NCBI RefSeq assembly: GCF_056746865.1
Contig: NZ_CM163382.1
Reading direction: 5' to 3' (one strand)
DNA length: 64,000 nucleotides
This document shows positions 10,699 to 25,425 of this stretch, in pieces (position 1 is the first letter of the stretch; each line of letters begins with the position of its first letter). The position numbers and the translations under genes are program-made. The notes beneath the pieces were generated by a model. It ran no database searches. It was not told the DNA's origin and saw only the letters and a list, made by a program, of their open reading frames with translations.

Positions 10699-11282
10699 TG
10701 GCATTCAGAATGAGTGAACAACCACGGACCATAAAAATTTATAATCTGTTGTCCGGAACTAATGAATTTATTGGTGAAGGTGATGCATATATTCCGCCTC
10801 ATACAGGTCTGCCAGCAAACAGTACCGATATTGCACCGCCAGATATTCCGGCTGGCTTCGTGGCTGTTTTCAATAGTGATGAGTCATCGTGGCATCTCGT
10901 TGAAGACCATCGGGGTAAAACGGTTTATGACGTAGCGTCAGGGGACGAGTTATTTATTTCTGAACTCGGTCCGTTACCGGAAAATGTTACCTGGTTATCG
11001 CCGGAAGGGGAGTTTCAGAAGTGGAACGGCACAGCCTGGGTGAAGGATACGGAAGCAGAAAAACTGTTCCGGATCCGGGAGGCGGAAGAAACAAAAAACA
11101 ACCTGATGCAGGTAGCCAGTGAGCATATTGCGCCGCTTCAGGATGCTGCAGATCTGGAAATTGCAACGGAGGAAGAAACCTCATTGCTGGAAGCCTGGAA
11201 AAAGTATCGGGTGTTGCTGAACCGTGTTGATACATCAACTGCACCTGATATTGAGTGGCCTACGAACCCTGTCAGGGAGTAA
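10698..11282 (+). CDS. tfa: Tail fiber assembly protein Tfa
   Basis: 194 aa, start overlaps the stf stop (TAATG), Tfa-like sequence. Confidence 0.8.
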   Translation: MAFRMSEQPRTIKIYNLLSGTNEFIGEGDAYIPPHTGLPANSTDIAPPDIPAGFVAVFNSDESSWHLVEDHRGKTVYDVASGDELFISELGPLPENVTWLSPEGEFQKWNGTAWVKDTEAEKLFRIREAEETKNNLMQVASEHIAPLQDAADLEIATEEETSLLEAWKKYRVLLNRVDTSTAPDIEWPTNPVRE

Positions 11283-11336
11283 TCATTGGGATTATGCCGC
11301 AGCACGTCTTAAGCAAGAACGTGCTGCGGTTGGATG

Positions 11337-12005
11337 CTATTTTTTCCCTGAAGCGGAAAACATTACTACAGTACCTTGAACCTTGGTTTTAACATTCTCG
11401 AAATGCTCTGAGAGTATATGTGTTAAGCCTTCTTCGGAATCTTTTGTGTTTGAAAAGATGCCTTTCTGATTGTAAATGCGCATCAGTTTTTGACCGAAGC
11501 TATTGTGCACAACTCCATCGCCAAGAATTGTGGCTCCGTATAGAGTTCCATCGTCAGTTAAGGCCTGCGCCGCATTGCGTATTACACAGCTTTTTGTAGA
11601 TATATTTCCAGGCAGGCAGTGAAGAAGGTAAAACATGGAAATGGAATCAAATTGACCATGTAACGCCGCGGGATAAGGTTCAAAAACATCATGGCTAATT
11701 TTATGTTTAATTTTTGATTCCCCAGCCCTTGTAGATGCCGCGTTCAGGCTAGCTTCGTTCAAATCCATTAAAGATATCAGACTACTCTCAGGTACGTGAG
11801 TAAGGTAAAACCCAGTTCCAACACCAATATCCAGATGGTTGTTACCTAAATGTTCCAGAAAGTGTGGAAGAAGGTGTTCCTTTGTAGGACATCCCCATGC
11901 AAGCCGATTTGATACTCCCAAAACCCACCAGTCATAAAGCTTTAGGGTAAGTGGTGTGTAAATTTTAGCCCCATCATCTGTGTTTTTTTTCATTGATTTC
12001 ACCAT
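11337..12005 (-). CDS. Class I SAM-dependent methyltransferase (prophage cargo gene, substrate unknown)
   Basis: Rossmann motif I LDIGVGTGF, about 220 aa, AT-richer than neighbours, opposite strand between tfa and a tfa fragment. More likely start is ATG at 11993 (GGTGA SD). Confidence 0.6.
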   Translation of the reverse strand: MVKSMKKNTDDGAKIYTPLTLKLYDWWVLGVSNRLAWGCPTKEHLLPHFLEHLGNNHLDIGVGTGFYLTHVPESSLISLMDLNEASLNAASTRAGESKIKHKISHDVFEPYPAALHGQFDSISMFYLLHCLPGNISTKSCVIRNAAQALTDDGTLYGATILGDGVVHNSFGQKLMRIYNQKGIFSNTKDSEEGLTHILSEHFENVKTKVQGTVVMFSASGKK

Positions 12006-12024
12006 GTTATAGTTTTATTTGTAA

Positions 12025-12053
12025 ATTAAATCAATTATGGCGATGAATTACAA
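12025..12053 (-). promoter_or_regulatory. Predicted sigma70 promoter of the methyltransferase gene
   Basis: Minus-strand TTGTAA-17 bp-TTTAAT just upstream of the ATG. Confidence 0.3.
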
Positions 12054-12061
12054 GGGGTTAA

Positions 12062-12328
12062 ATGCTGCCGCAGCATAGCGATATTGAAATAGCCTGGTAT
12101 GCTTCGATACAGCAGGAGCCGAATGGCTGGAAGACCGTCACCACACAGTTCTACATCCAGGAATTCAGTGAGTATATTGCGCCACTGCAGGATGCTGTAG
12201 ATCTGGAAATCGCAACGGAGGAAGAAAGATCGTTGCTGGAGGCATGGAATAAATATCGGGTGTTGTTGAATCGTGTTGATACATCAACTGCACCTGATAT
12301 TGAGTGGCCGACTTCACCTGCAGAGTAA
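12062..12328 (+). pseudogene. Tail fiber assembly protein fragment (duplicated tfa 3' end with unrelated N-terminus)
   Basis: 88 aa. The C-terminal ~50 aa ([18 protein letters not shown]...DIEWPT) nearly repeats the C-terminus of the full tfa at 10698-11282. Confidence 0.55.
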
Positions 12329-12560
12329 TCAACGGCGCAGGGATGATATTTTGTGCTTGAAGTGCCTCCCCGACCATTCAGATAGTCGGGGAGGGGGGAT
12401 TGGGATTATACGCAATCAGTTTTAGTTAAAGACCGAAGTTCTCGAAAAATCTTTCTCCAAAACCAGAATGCAATTGATTGATTTTGATAGGATCTATAAT
12501 GCCGTTACCTTAAACGGCAAAACCACTCAAAAACAAACCTAATGCATTGAATATAAAGGA
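12329..12560. other. Prophage-chromosome junction region (candidate att site) with a 10-bp-stem hairpin at 12365-12394
   Basis: Non-coding segment between the tfa fragment and the potB stop. The ATG immediately after the potB stop is followed by only a 9-codon ORF, not a potC-length reading frame. Confidence 0.4.
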
Positions 12561-13424
12561 TTAATCATCTAATTCGCTCACCTTCTTATTCAGCAAACGA
12601 GAAGCGCGCCAGTAAACCAGCAACATCAGGCCCATTACGATAGTCAGCGTAATGCTGGTGGCTGCACCAAACGGCCAGTCACGAATATTGAGGAACTGTA
12701 CTTTGATGACGTTACCGATCAGCAGGTTTTTCGCACCGCCCATCAGGTCGGACACATAGAACAGGCCCATCGCTGGCAGCATCACCAACAGGCATCCGGC
12801 AATAATCCCCGGCATCGTCAGTGGGATAATGATACGGATAAAGGTCTGCAACTTGCTGGCACCGAGATCGCGCGCCGCCTCCAGCAACGGCTTATCCAGT
12901 TTTTCGATACTCGAGTACAGCGGCATCACCATAAACGGCAGCAGAATGTAAACCAGACCGATAATCACCGCACTGGGTGTGAACATGATGCGAATTGGTG
13001 TATCGATAACGCCCAGCCAGAGCAAAAACTCGTTGAGATAGCCTTTGGTGCTGAGGAAAATTTTCAGCCCGTAGATACGAATCAATGAGTTGGTCCAGAA
13101 CGGAACAATCAGCAGAAACAGCAGCAGCGGACGCACCTTGTGTGGCAGCTTCGCCAGAAACCAGGCAAAAGGATAGCCCAGCACCAGGCAGGCGAGGGTG
13201 GCGATCAGCGCCATATTCAGCGAGTGCAATAGCACTTCAAAATAGAGCGGATCGAGCAGACGCGTGTAGTTATCCAGCGTAAAGACCATTTTGACGAAAC
13301 TGGCGTCGTCGCGGGTCAAAAAGCTGGTGCCAATGATCATCAGGTTGGGCAGAAAGACAAACAACACAAGCCAACCGACAATAGTGACAATCACTACATT
13401 CTGGAACTTACTTGTGTTCTTCAT
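12561..13424 (-). CDS. potB: Spermidine/putrescine ABC transporter permease PotB
   Basis: Protein matches PotB and overlaps the potA 3' end. An internal start near 13388 would give the shorter annotated form. Confidence 0.9.
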
Positions 13425-14544
13425 CAGCCAGTACGACCTCCCAGCTTTCTACCCAATTAATGGCCATTTTTTGGTCGAGAGAGTGGTCAAAGTCAGGATC
13501 GTCTTCATTGAAGAATTCGCTGACCATCACCATCTTGCCATTTTCCAGTTCAACAACCGACTCCAGCGTCATGCCTTTGTAGTTACGCTCGCGAACGTAA
13601 CCAATCAGCCCTTCAGCGTGGTTGTCGTCGTTAATCTCTTCAACACGTAAGTCTTCCGGGCGCAGCAGAACATGCAGTTTTTGCCCCGGTTCAACGGCGA
13701 AGTTAACGTAGATATTACATTCGCGGCCTTCAACGTTGGCGCGTACGCGCTGCTCGTCGAGACGTTCGATGACAGTGGCGTTAAACATATTGATTTCGCC
13801 AATAAACCCAGCAACAAACAGGTTTTTCGGCTCTTCATAGATTTCACGCGGCGTGCCGTCTTGCTCAATGCGACCATCGCGCATCACCACAATCCTGTCC
13901 GACATGGTGAGTGCTTCTTCCTGGTCGTGAGTCACGAAGACGAATGTAATGCCAAGCTTACGCTGTAACGCTTTCAGCTCGTTCTGCATTTGCTTGCGCA
14001 GTTTGTAATCCAGCGCTGAGAGCGACTCATCCAGCAACAACAGACGAGGCTTGTTAACCACCGCGCGGGCAATGGCGACGCGTTGCTGTTGACCACCAGA
14101 GAGCTGATGCGGTTTGCGTTGAGCGAAGGTTTCCAGCTGCACCATCCGCAGGGCTTCCATCACGCGGGGCGTAATTTCAGCAGCGGGGGTTTTTTGCATG
14201 CGTAACCCAAAGGCCACATTTTCGAACACGGTCATGTGGGGGAAAAGTGCGTAGCTTTGGAAAACAGTGTTCACATAGCGGTTTTCCGCCGGAACGTGGG
14301 TGATGTCCTCGTTATCCAGCATGATGCGTCCGGAATCAACAGTTTCCAGACCTGCAATCAGGCGAAGAACGGTTGTTTTACCGCAGCCAGAAGGGCCAAG
14401 CAGCGTGAGGAACTCGCCATTGTTGATAGTCAGATCCAGCTGGGGAATGACCTCTTTACCATCAAAGCATTTGCGAATTCCCGCCAATTGCACCAGCGGT
14501 GAAAGCGAACTCGGTTGTTTATTCAATTTTTTACTCTGTCCCAT
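13408..14544 (-). CDS. potA: Spermidine/putrescine ABC transporter ATPase PotA
   Basis: 378 aa with Walker [10 protein letters not shown] and signature [13 protein letters not shown]. Confidence 0.95.
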
Positions 14545-14793
14545 GTAAACGCAACGGATGGCTTACCGATGCGGGGTTTGTGGTTAACCACCTTGGTGAC
14601 TCTTAATGAGGGCGGTAATTCTACGGCAAACCGCTTGAATCGCCAATCTTTGTTGTGAATTACTGGCTTAGCTTTATATTCATTAAGGTAATGCTGATAA
14701 ATATTCCCGCTTGCAGGGGTAAAAGTGACCTGACGCAATATTTGTCTTTTCTTGCTTCTTAATAATGTTGTCACAAAAAGTGAGGGTGACTAC

Positions 14794-16020
14794 ATGGATA
14801 AACTACTTGAGCGATTTTTGAACTACGTGTCTCTGGATACCCAATCAAAGGCAGGGGTGAGACAGGTTCCCAGCACGGAAGGCCAATGGAAGTTATTGCA
14901 TCTGCTGAAAGAGCAGCTCGAAGAGATGGGGCTTATCAATGTGACCTTAAGTGAGAAGGGCACTTTGATGGCGACGTTACCGGCTAACGTCCCTGGCGAT
15001 ATCCCGGCGATTGGCTTTATTTCTCATGTGGATACCTCACCGGATTGCAGCGGCAAAAATGTGAATCCGCAAATTGTTGAAAACTATCGCGGTGGCGATA
15101 TTGCGCTGGGTATCGGCGATGAAGTTTTATCACCGGTTATGTTCCCGGTGCTGCATCAGCTACTGGGTCAGACGCTGATTACCACCGATGGTAAAACCTT
15201 GTTAGGTGCCGATGACAAAGCAGGTATTGCAGAAATCATGACCGCGCTGGCGGTATTACAACAAAAAAACATTCCGCATGGTGATATTCGCGTCGCCTTT
15301 ACCCCGGATGAAGAAGTGGGTAAAGGGGCGAAACATTTTGATGTTGACGCCTTCGATGCCCGCTGGGCTTACACCGTTGATGGTGGTGGCGTAGGCGAAC
15401 TGGAGTTTGAAAACTTCAACGCTGCGTCGGTCAATATCAAAATTGTAGGCAATAACGTTCACCCAGGCACAGCGAAAGGTGTAATGGTGAATGCGCTGTC
15501 GCTGGCGGCACGTATTCATGCGGAAGTTCCGGCGGATGAAAGCCCGGAAATGACAGAAGGCTATGAAGGTTTCTATCACCTGGCGAGCATGAAAGGCACC
15601 GTTGAACGGGCCGATATGCACTACATCATCCGTGATTTCGACCGTAAACAGTTTGAAGCGCGTAAACGTAAAATGATGGAGATCGCCAAAAAAGTGGGCA
15701 AAGGGTTACATCCTGATTGCTACATTGAATTGGTGATTGAAGACAGTTACTACAATATGCGCGAGAAAGTGGTTGAGCATCCGCATATTCTCGATATCGC
15801 CCAGCAGGCGATGCGTGACTGCGATATTGAACCGGAACTGAAACCGATCCGCGGCGGTACCGACGGCGCGCAGTTGTCGTTTATGGGATTACCGTGCCCG
15901 AACCTGTTCACTGGCGGTTACAACTATCATGGTAAGCATGAGTTTGTGACTCTGGAAGGTATGGAAAAAGCGGTGCAGGTGATCGTCCGTATTGCCGAGT
16001 TAACGGCGCAACGGAAGTAA
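14794..16020 (+). CDS. pepT: Peptidase T (tripeptide aminopeptidase)
   Basis: 408 aa from [18 protein letters not shown]..., M20 peptidase. Confidence 0.95.
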   Translation: MDKLLERFLNYVSLDTQSKAGVRQVPSTEGQWKLLHLLKEQLEEMGLINVTLSEKGTLMATLPANVPGDIPAIGFISHVDTSPDCSGKNVNPQIVENYRGGDIALGIGDEVLSPVMFPVLHQLLGQTLITTDGKTLLGADDKAGIAEIMTALAVLQQKNIPHGDIRVAFTPDEEVGKGAKHFDVDAFDARWAYTVDGGGVGELEFENFNAASVNIKIVGNNVHPGTAKGVMVNALSLAARIHAEVPADESPEMTEGYEGFYHLASMKGTVERADMHYIIRDFDRKQFEARKRKMMEIAKKVGKGLHPDCYIELVIEDSYYNMREKVVEHPHILDIAQQAMRDCDIEPELKPIRGGTDGAQLSFMGLPCPNLFTGGYNYHGKHEFVTLEGMEKAVQVIVRIAELTAQRK

Positions 16021-16026
16021 GCGAAA

Positions 16027-16060
16027 AGGGATGCGGCATGTGATGCCGCATCCGGCTTAA
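16027..16060. terminator. Hairpin between convergent pepT and roxA
   Basis: GGATGCGGCAT-GTG-ATGCCGCATCC palindrome. Confidence 0.5.
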
Positions 16061-16068
16061 ATCCAAAC

Positions 16069-17190
16069 TTACCCTTCGAAGAACCAATACCCGCTATTGA
16101 CCAGCGCCGCGAGCATCGCGAGGAATGACGGATCTTCCAGCGCATCGCCAAAATTCTCCGCAGTCAGCGCAATGTTGCTGGCGAGTGCATCCAGTGCCGG
16201 ACGGTGCGGGGAATCGATCTTCTCACCATTGGTATACACGTCGTCGCCAATGCGCAATACGCGCAGACCACCCAGACGCACCAGCACTTCACCTTGTTTC
16301 AGCGCATCGTAGATTTCATCCGGCTGATAAGGCGGCTCTGGCGGCGCGATATCCAGTTCATGGCGTGACTGGGATATAAACTCGCCAAACCATTGCTTAA
16401 AGTGTTCCGGCTGGTTGATCAATTCGAGCATCATCTCACGCAGTTTATCCATCTCTTGCGGCAGAACATCCGCAGGATGAGCGCGAGGTGAAACATCAGG
16501 ATCGCTGTAGTAGTTGCCGCCCAGTTCACGTTGCAGCACATAATCGGCAAATCCGCTAATCAGTTCCCGCGTATTTGGTGCGCGAAAACCGACGGAATAG
16601 TTCATCGCATTTTCCAGCGCGTAGCCTTCATGGGGGAATCCTGGCGGAATATAAAGAATATCGCCTGGCTCCAGTTCTTCATCAATGATGGCTTCGAACG
16701 GATCGACCTGTAACAGATCCGGATGTGGGCAGTGCTGTTTCATTTGCAGCTTTTCGCCCACTCGCCAGCGACGACGTCCGGTACCCTGAATGATAAACAC
16801 GTCGTACTGATCGAGATGCGGGCCGACGCCGCCGCCAGGTACAGAAAAAGAGATCATCAGATCATCAATACGCCAGTCCGGTAGTTCACGGAACGGTCGC
16901 ATCAGCGCGGCGGTCGGCTCATGCCAGTGATTCACTGCTTGCACTAACAATGACCAGTTAGTTTCACCGAGATGATCGTAGCTTTCGAACGGACCGTGGC
17001 TGACCTGCCATTTGCCATCCTGGTGACTGACCAGTCGACTGTCGACTTCGCTTTCCATCGCCAGACCCGCCAACTCGTCTGGAGAGATCGGGTCAATAAA
17101 ATTATTAAAGCCGCGTTTTAACACCACCGGGCGTTTCTGCCAGTGACGTTCAAGAAAATCGGGCCAGTTAAGAGTGAGTTGGTATTCCAT
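16069..17190 (-). CDS. roxA: Ribosomal protein L16 arginine hydroxylase (JmjC/cupin oxygenase) RoxA/YcfD
   Basis: 373 aa from MEYQLTLNWPDF... Confidence 0.9.
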   Translation of the reverse strand: MEYQLTLNWPDFLERHWQKRPVVLKRGFNNFIDPISPDELAGLAMESEVDSRLVSHQDGKWQVSHGPFESYDHLGETNWSLLVQAVNHWHEPTAALMRPFRELPDWRIDDLMISFSVPGGGVGPHLDQYDVFIIQGTGRRRWRVGEKLQMKQHCPHPDLLQVDPFEAIIDEELEPGDILYIPPGFPHEGYALENAMNYSVGFRAPNTRELISGFADYVLQRELGGNYYSDPDVSPRAHPADVLPQEMDKLREMMLELINQPEHFKQWFGEFISQSRHELDIAPPEPPYQPDEIYDALKQGEVLVRLGGLRVLRIGDDVYTNGEKIDSPHRPALDALASNIALTAENFGDALEDPSFLAMLAALVNSGYWFFEG

Positions 17191-17265
17191 GTTAAGCATC
17201 CACAGGCTGGTATCTGCAACCGATTATAACGGATGCTTAACGTAATGCGTGAAGTATGGACATAT

Positions 17266-18726
17266 TTATTCATCTTTCGGCGTAGAATGCTGGCGACCAA
17301 AAATCACCTCCATCCGCGCACCGCCAAGCATGCTCTCTCCGGCGACGATTTTACCCTCATATTGCTCGGTGATTTCGCGGGCTACCGCCAGCCCTACACC
17401 TTGCCCAGGGCGTAAAGTATCAACCCGTTGACCACGGTCGAAAATGACCTCTCGCTTGCTTAATGGAATACCGGGGCCATCATCCTCGACCACAATATAG
17501 AGATGCTCGTCTGTTTGCCTTGCAGATATTTCGACAAACTCGAGGCAATATTTACAGGCATTATCCAGCACGTTGCCCATCACCTCGACAAAATCGTTCT
17601 GCTCACCGACAAAGCTGATCTCTGGCGAAATATCGAGAGAGATATTGACCCCTTTGCGTTGATACACTTTGTTCAGCGCCGAGGTGAGATTGTCCAGCAG
17701 TGGGGCGACCGGATGCAGCTCGCGGCTGAGCAATGTCCCGCCGCGCATACTGGCACGATGCAGGTAGTAGCCAATTTGCTGTGAAATGCGGCTGATTTGC
17801 TCCAGCATTACCGGTTCAGCATCACTGACGCTCATCTTCTCACTACGCAGAGAACGCAGCGTACTTTGCAGCACCGCCAGTGGCGTTTTCAGACTATGGG
17901 TCAGGTCGGTGAGCGTTGTACGATATTTGTCGTAACGTTCGCGTTCACTTTTTAACAATCGGTTCAGGTTTCGTACCAGACTGGTCAGTTCTCGCGTTGT
18001 GGCTGGATTGAGCAATTCGCGGTTATGTTCTTCCAGTTCGCGGACTTCTTTTGCCAGGGCTTCGATGGGGCGTAAACTCCACCAGGCGGCGACCCACAGC
18101 AGCGGGATCACTAACAGCAGATTGGCTGAGAGCACATAGATAAACCAGCTCCAGACCATATAGGAACTTTTTAGCTCCACCGGAATGGTATCCACCACCA
18201 CAATGGTTAACTTTGGCATCCGCGATGTTGCCGGGTAGACGTTTACCGCCACCGAGTGGGTCATCTCCGCGTCGTCATCATCTTCCCGCACTTCCTGCAA
18301 CTGTTGCTGTATCGTATGATCTCCACTCAGCAAGAGGCTGGTATCGTTAACATCCGCTTCAATTTCATGAAAACCATTCGATTTCAGCCAGTCAGGCTGG
18401 ATCATCTTCATCAGCCAGGGCACGTCACGTTGCGCCCATAAAAGCTGCCCGTTCTCATCATAAATTAGCGTCATGGTGGGGCTTTGCTTGTCGATATTTT
18501 CGGGTAACTCGACATGCAACTTATTGTTTTCCCACTTCGCAAGGGTATAGAACAGATTGCTCTCGCCACGTAACAGCCGAAACGTAGTTTTATCGAAACT
18601 GACGCTATAACCGATCAGCGCGACCATTCCGTAGGCAAGCGAAAGCACCAGTACTACCGCTGCCGTTGCCAACAGAAAACGTACCCGCAGCGAGAGCGGG
18701 AAAAAAAGACGTAGTAATTTTTTCAT
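17266..18726 (-). CDS. phoQ: Sensor histidine kinase PhoQ
   Basis: 486 aa, HAMP/HisKA/HATPase, start overlaps the phoP stop. Confidence 0.95.
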   Translation of the reverse strand: MKKLLRLFFPLSLRVRFLLATAAVVLVLSLAYGMVALIGYSVSFDKTTFRLLRGESNLFYTLAKWENNKLHVELPENIDKQSPTMTLIYDENGQLLWAQRDVPWLMKMIQPDWLKSNGFHEIEADVNDTSLLLSGDHTIQQQLQEVREDDDDAEMTHSVAVNVYPATSRMPKLTIVVVDTIPVELKSSYMVWSWFIYVLSANLLLVIPLLWVAAWWSLRPIEALAKEVRELEEHNRELLNPATTRELTSLVRNLNRLLKSERERYDKYRTTLTDLTHSLKTPLAVLQSTLRSLRSEKMSVSDAEPVMLEQISRISQQIGYYLHRASMRGGTLLSRELHPVAPLLDNLTSALNKVYQRKGVNISLDISPEISFVGEQNDFVEVMGNVLDNACKYCLEFVEISARQTDEHLYIVVEDDGPGIPLSKREVIFDRGQRVDTLRPGQGVGLAVAREITEQYEGKIVAGESMLGGARMEVIFGRQHSTPKDE

Positions 18727-19397
18727 CAGCGCAATTCGAACAGATAGCCCTGGCCGCGAACGGTGGTAATCACTTCTTGCGGATATTGTGCCTGAATTTT
18801 TTTGCGCAGACGTCCCATCAGTACATCAATGGTATGGCTTTCCCGCAGCTCCGCATCCGGATAGAGTTGGAGCATTAACGAATCTTTGCTCACCACTTTG
18901 CCATTATTGCGTATCAACGTTTCCATAATGGTGTATTCGAACGCGGTCAGTTTGATCACTTCGTCATTAATAGATAATTCACGGCGAGAGAGATCAACCT
19001 GAAACGGGGGTAGCGAAATGACCTGTGAAGCCAGACCGCTATTACGCCGCATTAATGCCTGCATTCGCGCCATCACCTCTTCAATATGAAATGGTTTAGT
19101 CACGTAATCATCAGCGCCAGCACTTAATACTTCGACTTTGTCCTGCCAGCTTTCACGGGCGGTTAATACCAGAATCGGCAGTGAAACATCATTGCTACGC
19201 CAGCGGCGAATCAGTGACAGACCGTCCTCGTCTGGCAATCCCAGATCGACAATCGCAATATCCGGTAAATGTTCATTGAGATAATAATCGGCTTCTTTGG
19301 CATCTTCTGCGTCATCGACCTGATGACCAGCATCCTGAATCTGAACTTTAAGGTGGTGACGTAACAACGCATTGTCTTCAACAACCAGTACGCGCAT
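18726..19397 (-). CDS. phoP: Response regulator PhoP
   Basis: 223 aa OmpR-family regulator ([19 protein letters not shown]...). Confidence 0.95.
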   Translation of the reverse strand: MRVLVVEDNALLRHHLKVQIQDAGHQVDDAEDAKEADYYLNEHLPDIAIVDLGLPDEDGLSLIRRWRSNDVSLPILVLTARESWQDKVEVLSAGADDYVTKPFHIEEVMARMQALMRRNSGLASQVISLPPFQVDLSRRELSINDEVIKLTAFEYTIMETLIRNNGKVVSKDSLMLQLYPDAELRESHTIDVLMGRLRKKIQAQYPQEVITTVRGQGYLFELR

Positions 19398-19457
19398 TTT
19401 TATTTCTCCCTGTCTTAATTATTAAAATAGTGTAACGCGATTATGTGGTTATGGGGG

Positions 19458-19474
19458 TAAACATTAAATAAACC
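19458..19474 (-). promoter_or_regulatory. PhoP box in the phoPQ promoter
   Basis: On the minus strand GGTTTA-TTTAA-TGTTTA, a hexamer direct repeat with 5-nt spacer, upstream of phoP. Confidence 0.5.
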
Positions 19475-19565
19475 AGCGGGGGAGGGGAGGTAAAGTGAAA
19501 AAATAAAAAGCGGATAATCTTAATAAGCAGGCCGGACAGCATCGCTATCCGGCACTGATACGAGT

Positions 19566-20939
<1,374 letters not shown>

Positions 20940-21581
20940 TCACAACTCCGGGGTTAAATGAGCAAGAATTTGTTTTGCCTGAGTGGTCAGGCGATTACGA
21001 GAAAACATCAGTTGCAGACGTCCGCCGCCAACCTGGTGCCAGAGCACGGCGGCGCGAATGCCTGCCAGCAGGGTTGCGCGAACTTTCGCCTGCACTTGTG
21101 GGCTTTGCAGTACAGCAGGGGAACCGGTTACCTGAATGCGCGGGCCAAGCGGGCTAATCACATCAACATAGATAGCAGCCATCGCGCTCATCAGCGTTTC
21201 GGACTGTAAATCGAAGTGTTCGAGCTGGCGTTGCAGGCCGTTGATCCGGTTGCCCAGAGTGTCGAGCGCACCTTTCGCTGAGGAGAGTTTGCGCTCAAGC
21301 ACCATCAGGCTGAGTGTGTAGCGGGTTAACTCAGCGTTTAAGCCCTGGCGACTGCTGGCATTGAGCACGCCGAGCAAGGTTTCCAGCCCGACGCGCAGGT
21401 TGGCTTCGCTACCGCCAAAAACCGCCAGCGTCGAGCTGGGGTTCATATCAATAATACTGTTGAGTGAGACGTGTAGCGCATCGGCATCACAATGCCCCTG
21501 GTGAGCGAGTTGTTGCACCAGGCGTGCCGACTGACAAATACCGGCCAGGGCGAGGGTGATGTCATAGTAATTCTTTGCCAC
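20940..21581 (-). CDS. hflD: High-frequency lysogenization protein HflD
   Basis: About 213 aa from [16 protein letters not shown]..., probably a GTG start. Confidence 0.9.
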   Translation of the reverse strand: MAKNYYDITLALAGICQSARLVQQLAHQGHCDADALHVSLNSIIDMNPSSTLAVFGGSEANLRVGLETLLGVLNASSRQGLNAELTRYTLSLMVLERKLSSAKGALDTLGNRINGLQRQLEHFDLQSETLMSAMAAIYVDVISPLGPRIQVTGSPAVLQSPQVQAKVRATLLAGIRAAVLWHQVGGGRLQLMFSRNRLTTQAKQILAHLTPEL

Positions 21582-21616
21582 GTTCACTGCTTCCTTGTTT
21601 TAAGTAAAGATAATAA

Positions 21617-23238
<1,622 letters not shown>

Positions 23239-23247
23239 TTTGCGTCC

Positions 23248-23901
23248 TTAATCTGTCGCTTCTCGCCATTCGCCGTTGGCAAGATTATCCAAAGAGTAAT
23301 CACCCATCGCATAGCGAATCAGTCGCAGCGTGGGGAAACCAACATGGGCGGTCATGCGGCGCACCTGGCGATTACGTCCTTCATATAAGGTGATCTTCAG
23401 CCAGCTGGTGGGAATACTTTTGCGTTCACGAATTGGTGGATTCCGCGGCCATAACCACGCGGGTTCGTCAACCAGCTCTACGCCTGCGGGCAGGGTAGGG
23501 CCATCATTTAAGGTTACGCCATTGCGCAAGGCTTCAAGTGCGTCTTGTGTGGGAATACCTTCCACCTGCACATAATAGATTTTTCCGGTGCGTTTACCCG
23601 GCTGGGTTAAACGCGCCTGCAACGCGCCGTTATTGGTCAGCACCAGTAACCCTTCGCTATCGCGGTCAAGACGACCTGCTGCATAAACGCCCTGAACCGG
23701 GATGAATTCTTTTAATGTTTTGCGTCCGGCTTCATCGGTGAACTGCGGAAGAACATCGTAGGGTTTATTGAACAGGATCACGCGCGTGGGCTGGTTTTCA
23801 AGTTTACGCCTGGTAGAACGTTGCGAGCTGAATCGCTTAACCTGGTGATTTCTAAAAGAAGTTTTTTGCATGGTATTTTCAGAGATTATGAATTGCCGCA
23901 T
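23248..23901 (-). CDS. rluE: 23S rRNA pseudouridine synthase RluE
   Basis: 217 aa, RsuA-family pseudouridine synthase. Confidence 0.9.
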   Translation of the reverse strand: MRQFIISENTMQKTSFRNHQVKRFSSQRSTRRKLENQPTRVILFNKPYDVLPQFTDEAGRKTLKEFIPVQGVYAAGRLDRDSEGLLVLTNNGALQARLTQPGKRTGKIYYVQVEGIPTQDALEALRNGVTLNDGPTLPAGVELVDEPAWLWPRNPPIRERKSIPTSWLKITLYEGRNRQVRRMTAHVGFPTLRLIRYAMGDYSLDNLANGEWREATD

Positions 23902-24072
23902 TATAGCCTAATAACGCGCATCTTTCATGACGGCAAACAATAGGGTAGTATTGACAAGCCAATTACAAATCATTAACAAAAAATTGCTCTAATGCATCCG
24001 TATCGCAGGACGCAAACGCATATGCAACGTGGTGGCAGACGAGCAAACCAGTAGCGCTCGAAGGAGAGGTGA

Positions 24073-25323
24073 ATGGAAAGTAAAGTAGTTGTTCCGGCAC
24101 AAGGCAAGAAGATCACCCTGCAAAACGGCAAACTCAACGTTCCTGAAAATCCGATTATCCCTTACATTGAAGGTGATGGAATCGGTGTAGATGTAACCCC
24201 AGCCATGCTGAAAGTGGTCGACGCTGCAGTCGAGAAAGCCTATAAAGGCGAGCGTAAAATCTCCTGGATGGAAATTTACACCGGTGAAAAATCCACACAG
24301 GTTTACGGTCAGGATGTCTGGCTGCCTGCTGAAACCCTTGATCTGATTCGTGAATATCGCGTTGCCATTAAAGGCCCTCTGACCACTCCGGTTGGTGGCG
24401 GTATTCGTTCTCTGAACGTTGCCCTGCGCCAGGAACTGGATCTCTACATCTGCCTGCGTCCGGTACGTTACTATCAGGGCACCCCAAGCCCGGTTAAACA
24501 CCCTGAACTGACCGATATGGTTATCTTCCGTGAAAACTCGGAAGACATTTATGCGGGTATCGAATGGAAAGCAGACTCTGCCGACGCTGAGAAAGTGATT
24601 AAATTCCTGCGTGAAGAGATGGGCGTGAAGAAAATTCGCTTCCCGGAACATTGCGGCATCGGTATTAAGCCGTGTTCTGAAGAAGGTACCAAACGTCTGG
24701 TTCGTGCAGCGATCGAATACGCAATTGCTAACGATCGTGACTCTGTGACCCTGGTGCACAAAGGCAACATCATGAAGTTCACCGAAGGCGCGTTTAAAGA
24801 CTGGGGCTACCAGCTGGCGCGTGAAGAGTTTGGCGGTGAACTGATCGACGGCGGCCCGTGGCTGAAAGTTAAAAACCCGAATACCGGCAAAGAGATCGTC
24901 ATTAAAGATGTGATTGCTGATGCATTCCTGCAACAGATCCTGCTGCGTCCGGCTGAATATGATGTTATCGCCTGTATGAACCTGAACGGTGACTACATTT
25001 CTGACGCTCTGGCTGCACAGGTCGGCGGTATCGGTATCGCCCCAGGCGCAAACATCGGTGACGAATGCGCCCTGTTTGAAGCCACCCACGGTACTGCGCC
25101 GAAATATGCCGGTCAGGACAAAGTAAACCCAGGCTCTATTATTCTCTCCGCTGAGATGATGTTACGCCATATGGGCTGGACTGAAGCCGCAGACCTGATT
25201 GTTAAAGGTATGGAAGGCGCAATCAACGCCAAGACCGTAACCTATGACTTCGAACGTCTGATGGAAGGCGCTAAATTGCTGAAATGTAGCGAGTTTGGTG
25301 ATGCGATCATCAAGAACATGTAA
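24073..25323 (+). CDS. icd: Isocitrate dehydrogenase (NADP)
   Basis: 416 aa, full-length Icd. Confidence 0.97.
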   Translation: MESKVVVPAQGKKITLQNGKLNVPENPIIPYIEGDGIGVDVTPAMLKVVDAAVEKAYKGERKISWMEIYTGEKSTQVYGQDVWLPAETLDLIREYRVAIKGPLTTPVGGGIRSLNVALRQELDLYICLRPVRYYQGTPSPVKHPELTDMVIFRENSEDIYAGIEWKADSADAEKVIKFLREEMGVKKIRFPEHCGIGIKPCSEEGTKRLVRAAIEYAIANDRDSVTLVHKGNIMKFTEGAFKDWGYQLAREEFGGELIDGGPWLKVKNPNTGKEIVIKDVIADAFLQQILLRPAEYDVIACMNLNGDYISDALAAQVGGIGIAPGANIGDECALFEATHGTAPKYAGQDKVNPGSIILSAEMMLRHMGWTEAADLIVKGMEGAINAKTVTYDFERLMEGAKLLKCSEFGDAIIKNM

Positions 25324-25346
25324 TCTCTACATGTGTTAAATATTGA

Positions 25347-25378
25347 AACGGGCGTATAACACGCCCGTTGTTTTATTT
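25347..25378 (+). terminator. icd rho-independent terminator
   Basis: AACGGGCGT-ATAAC-ACGCCCGTT followed by GTTTTATTT. Confidence 0.7.
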
Positions 25379-25425
25379 ATGTGGATATTATTAATATCAT
25401 GTCGAGAATATTTATATGAAGACCA

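Larger units (their letters stand above)
1..12560. mobile_element. Defective lambdoid prophage, right arm only (head to tail-fiber modules), abutting the 3' end of potB
   Basis: Contiguous lambda-like late genes in lambda order (C/Nu3, D, E', K, I, J, lom, stf, tfa). Most of the capsid and tail-shaft module is missing. Prophage DNA ends where potC would be expected. Confidence 0.85.

Noticed and set aside
12365-12394. Hairpin at the prophage-chromosome junction as a rho-independent terminator
   Set aside because: The 10-bp stem is not followed by a U-tract on either strand. Kept only as a structural landmark of the junction.
23989-25089. 366-aa ORF antisense to icd
   Set aside because: Entirely antisense to a highly conserved housekeeping gene and Phe/Val/Arg-biased. 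Similar antisense ORFs within purB (19797-20405), dadA (51606-52466), lom (6930-7463), J (3983-4579) and the LRR gene (54765-55406) were rejected for the same reason.
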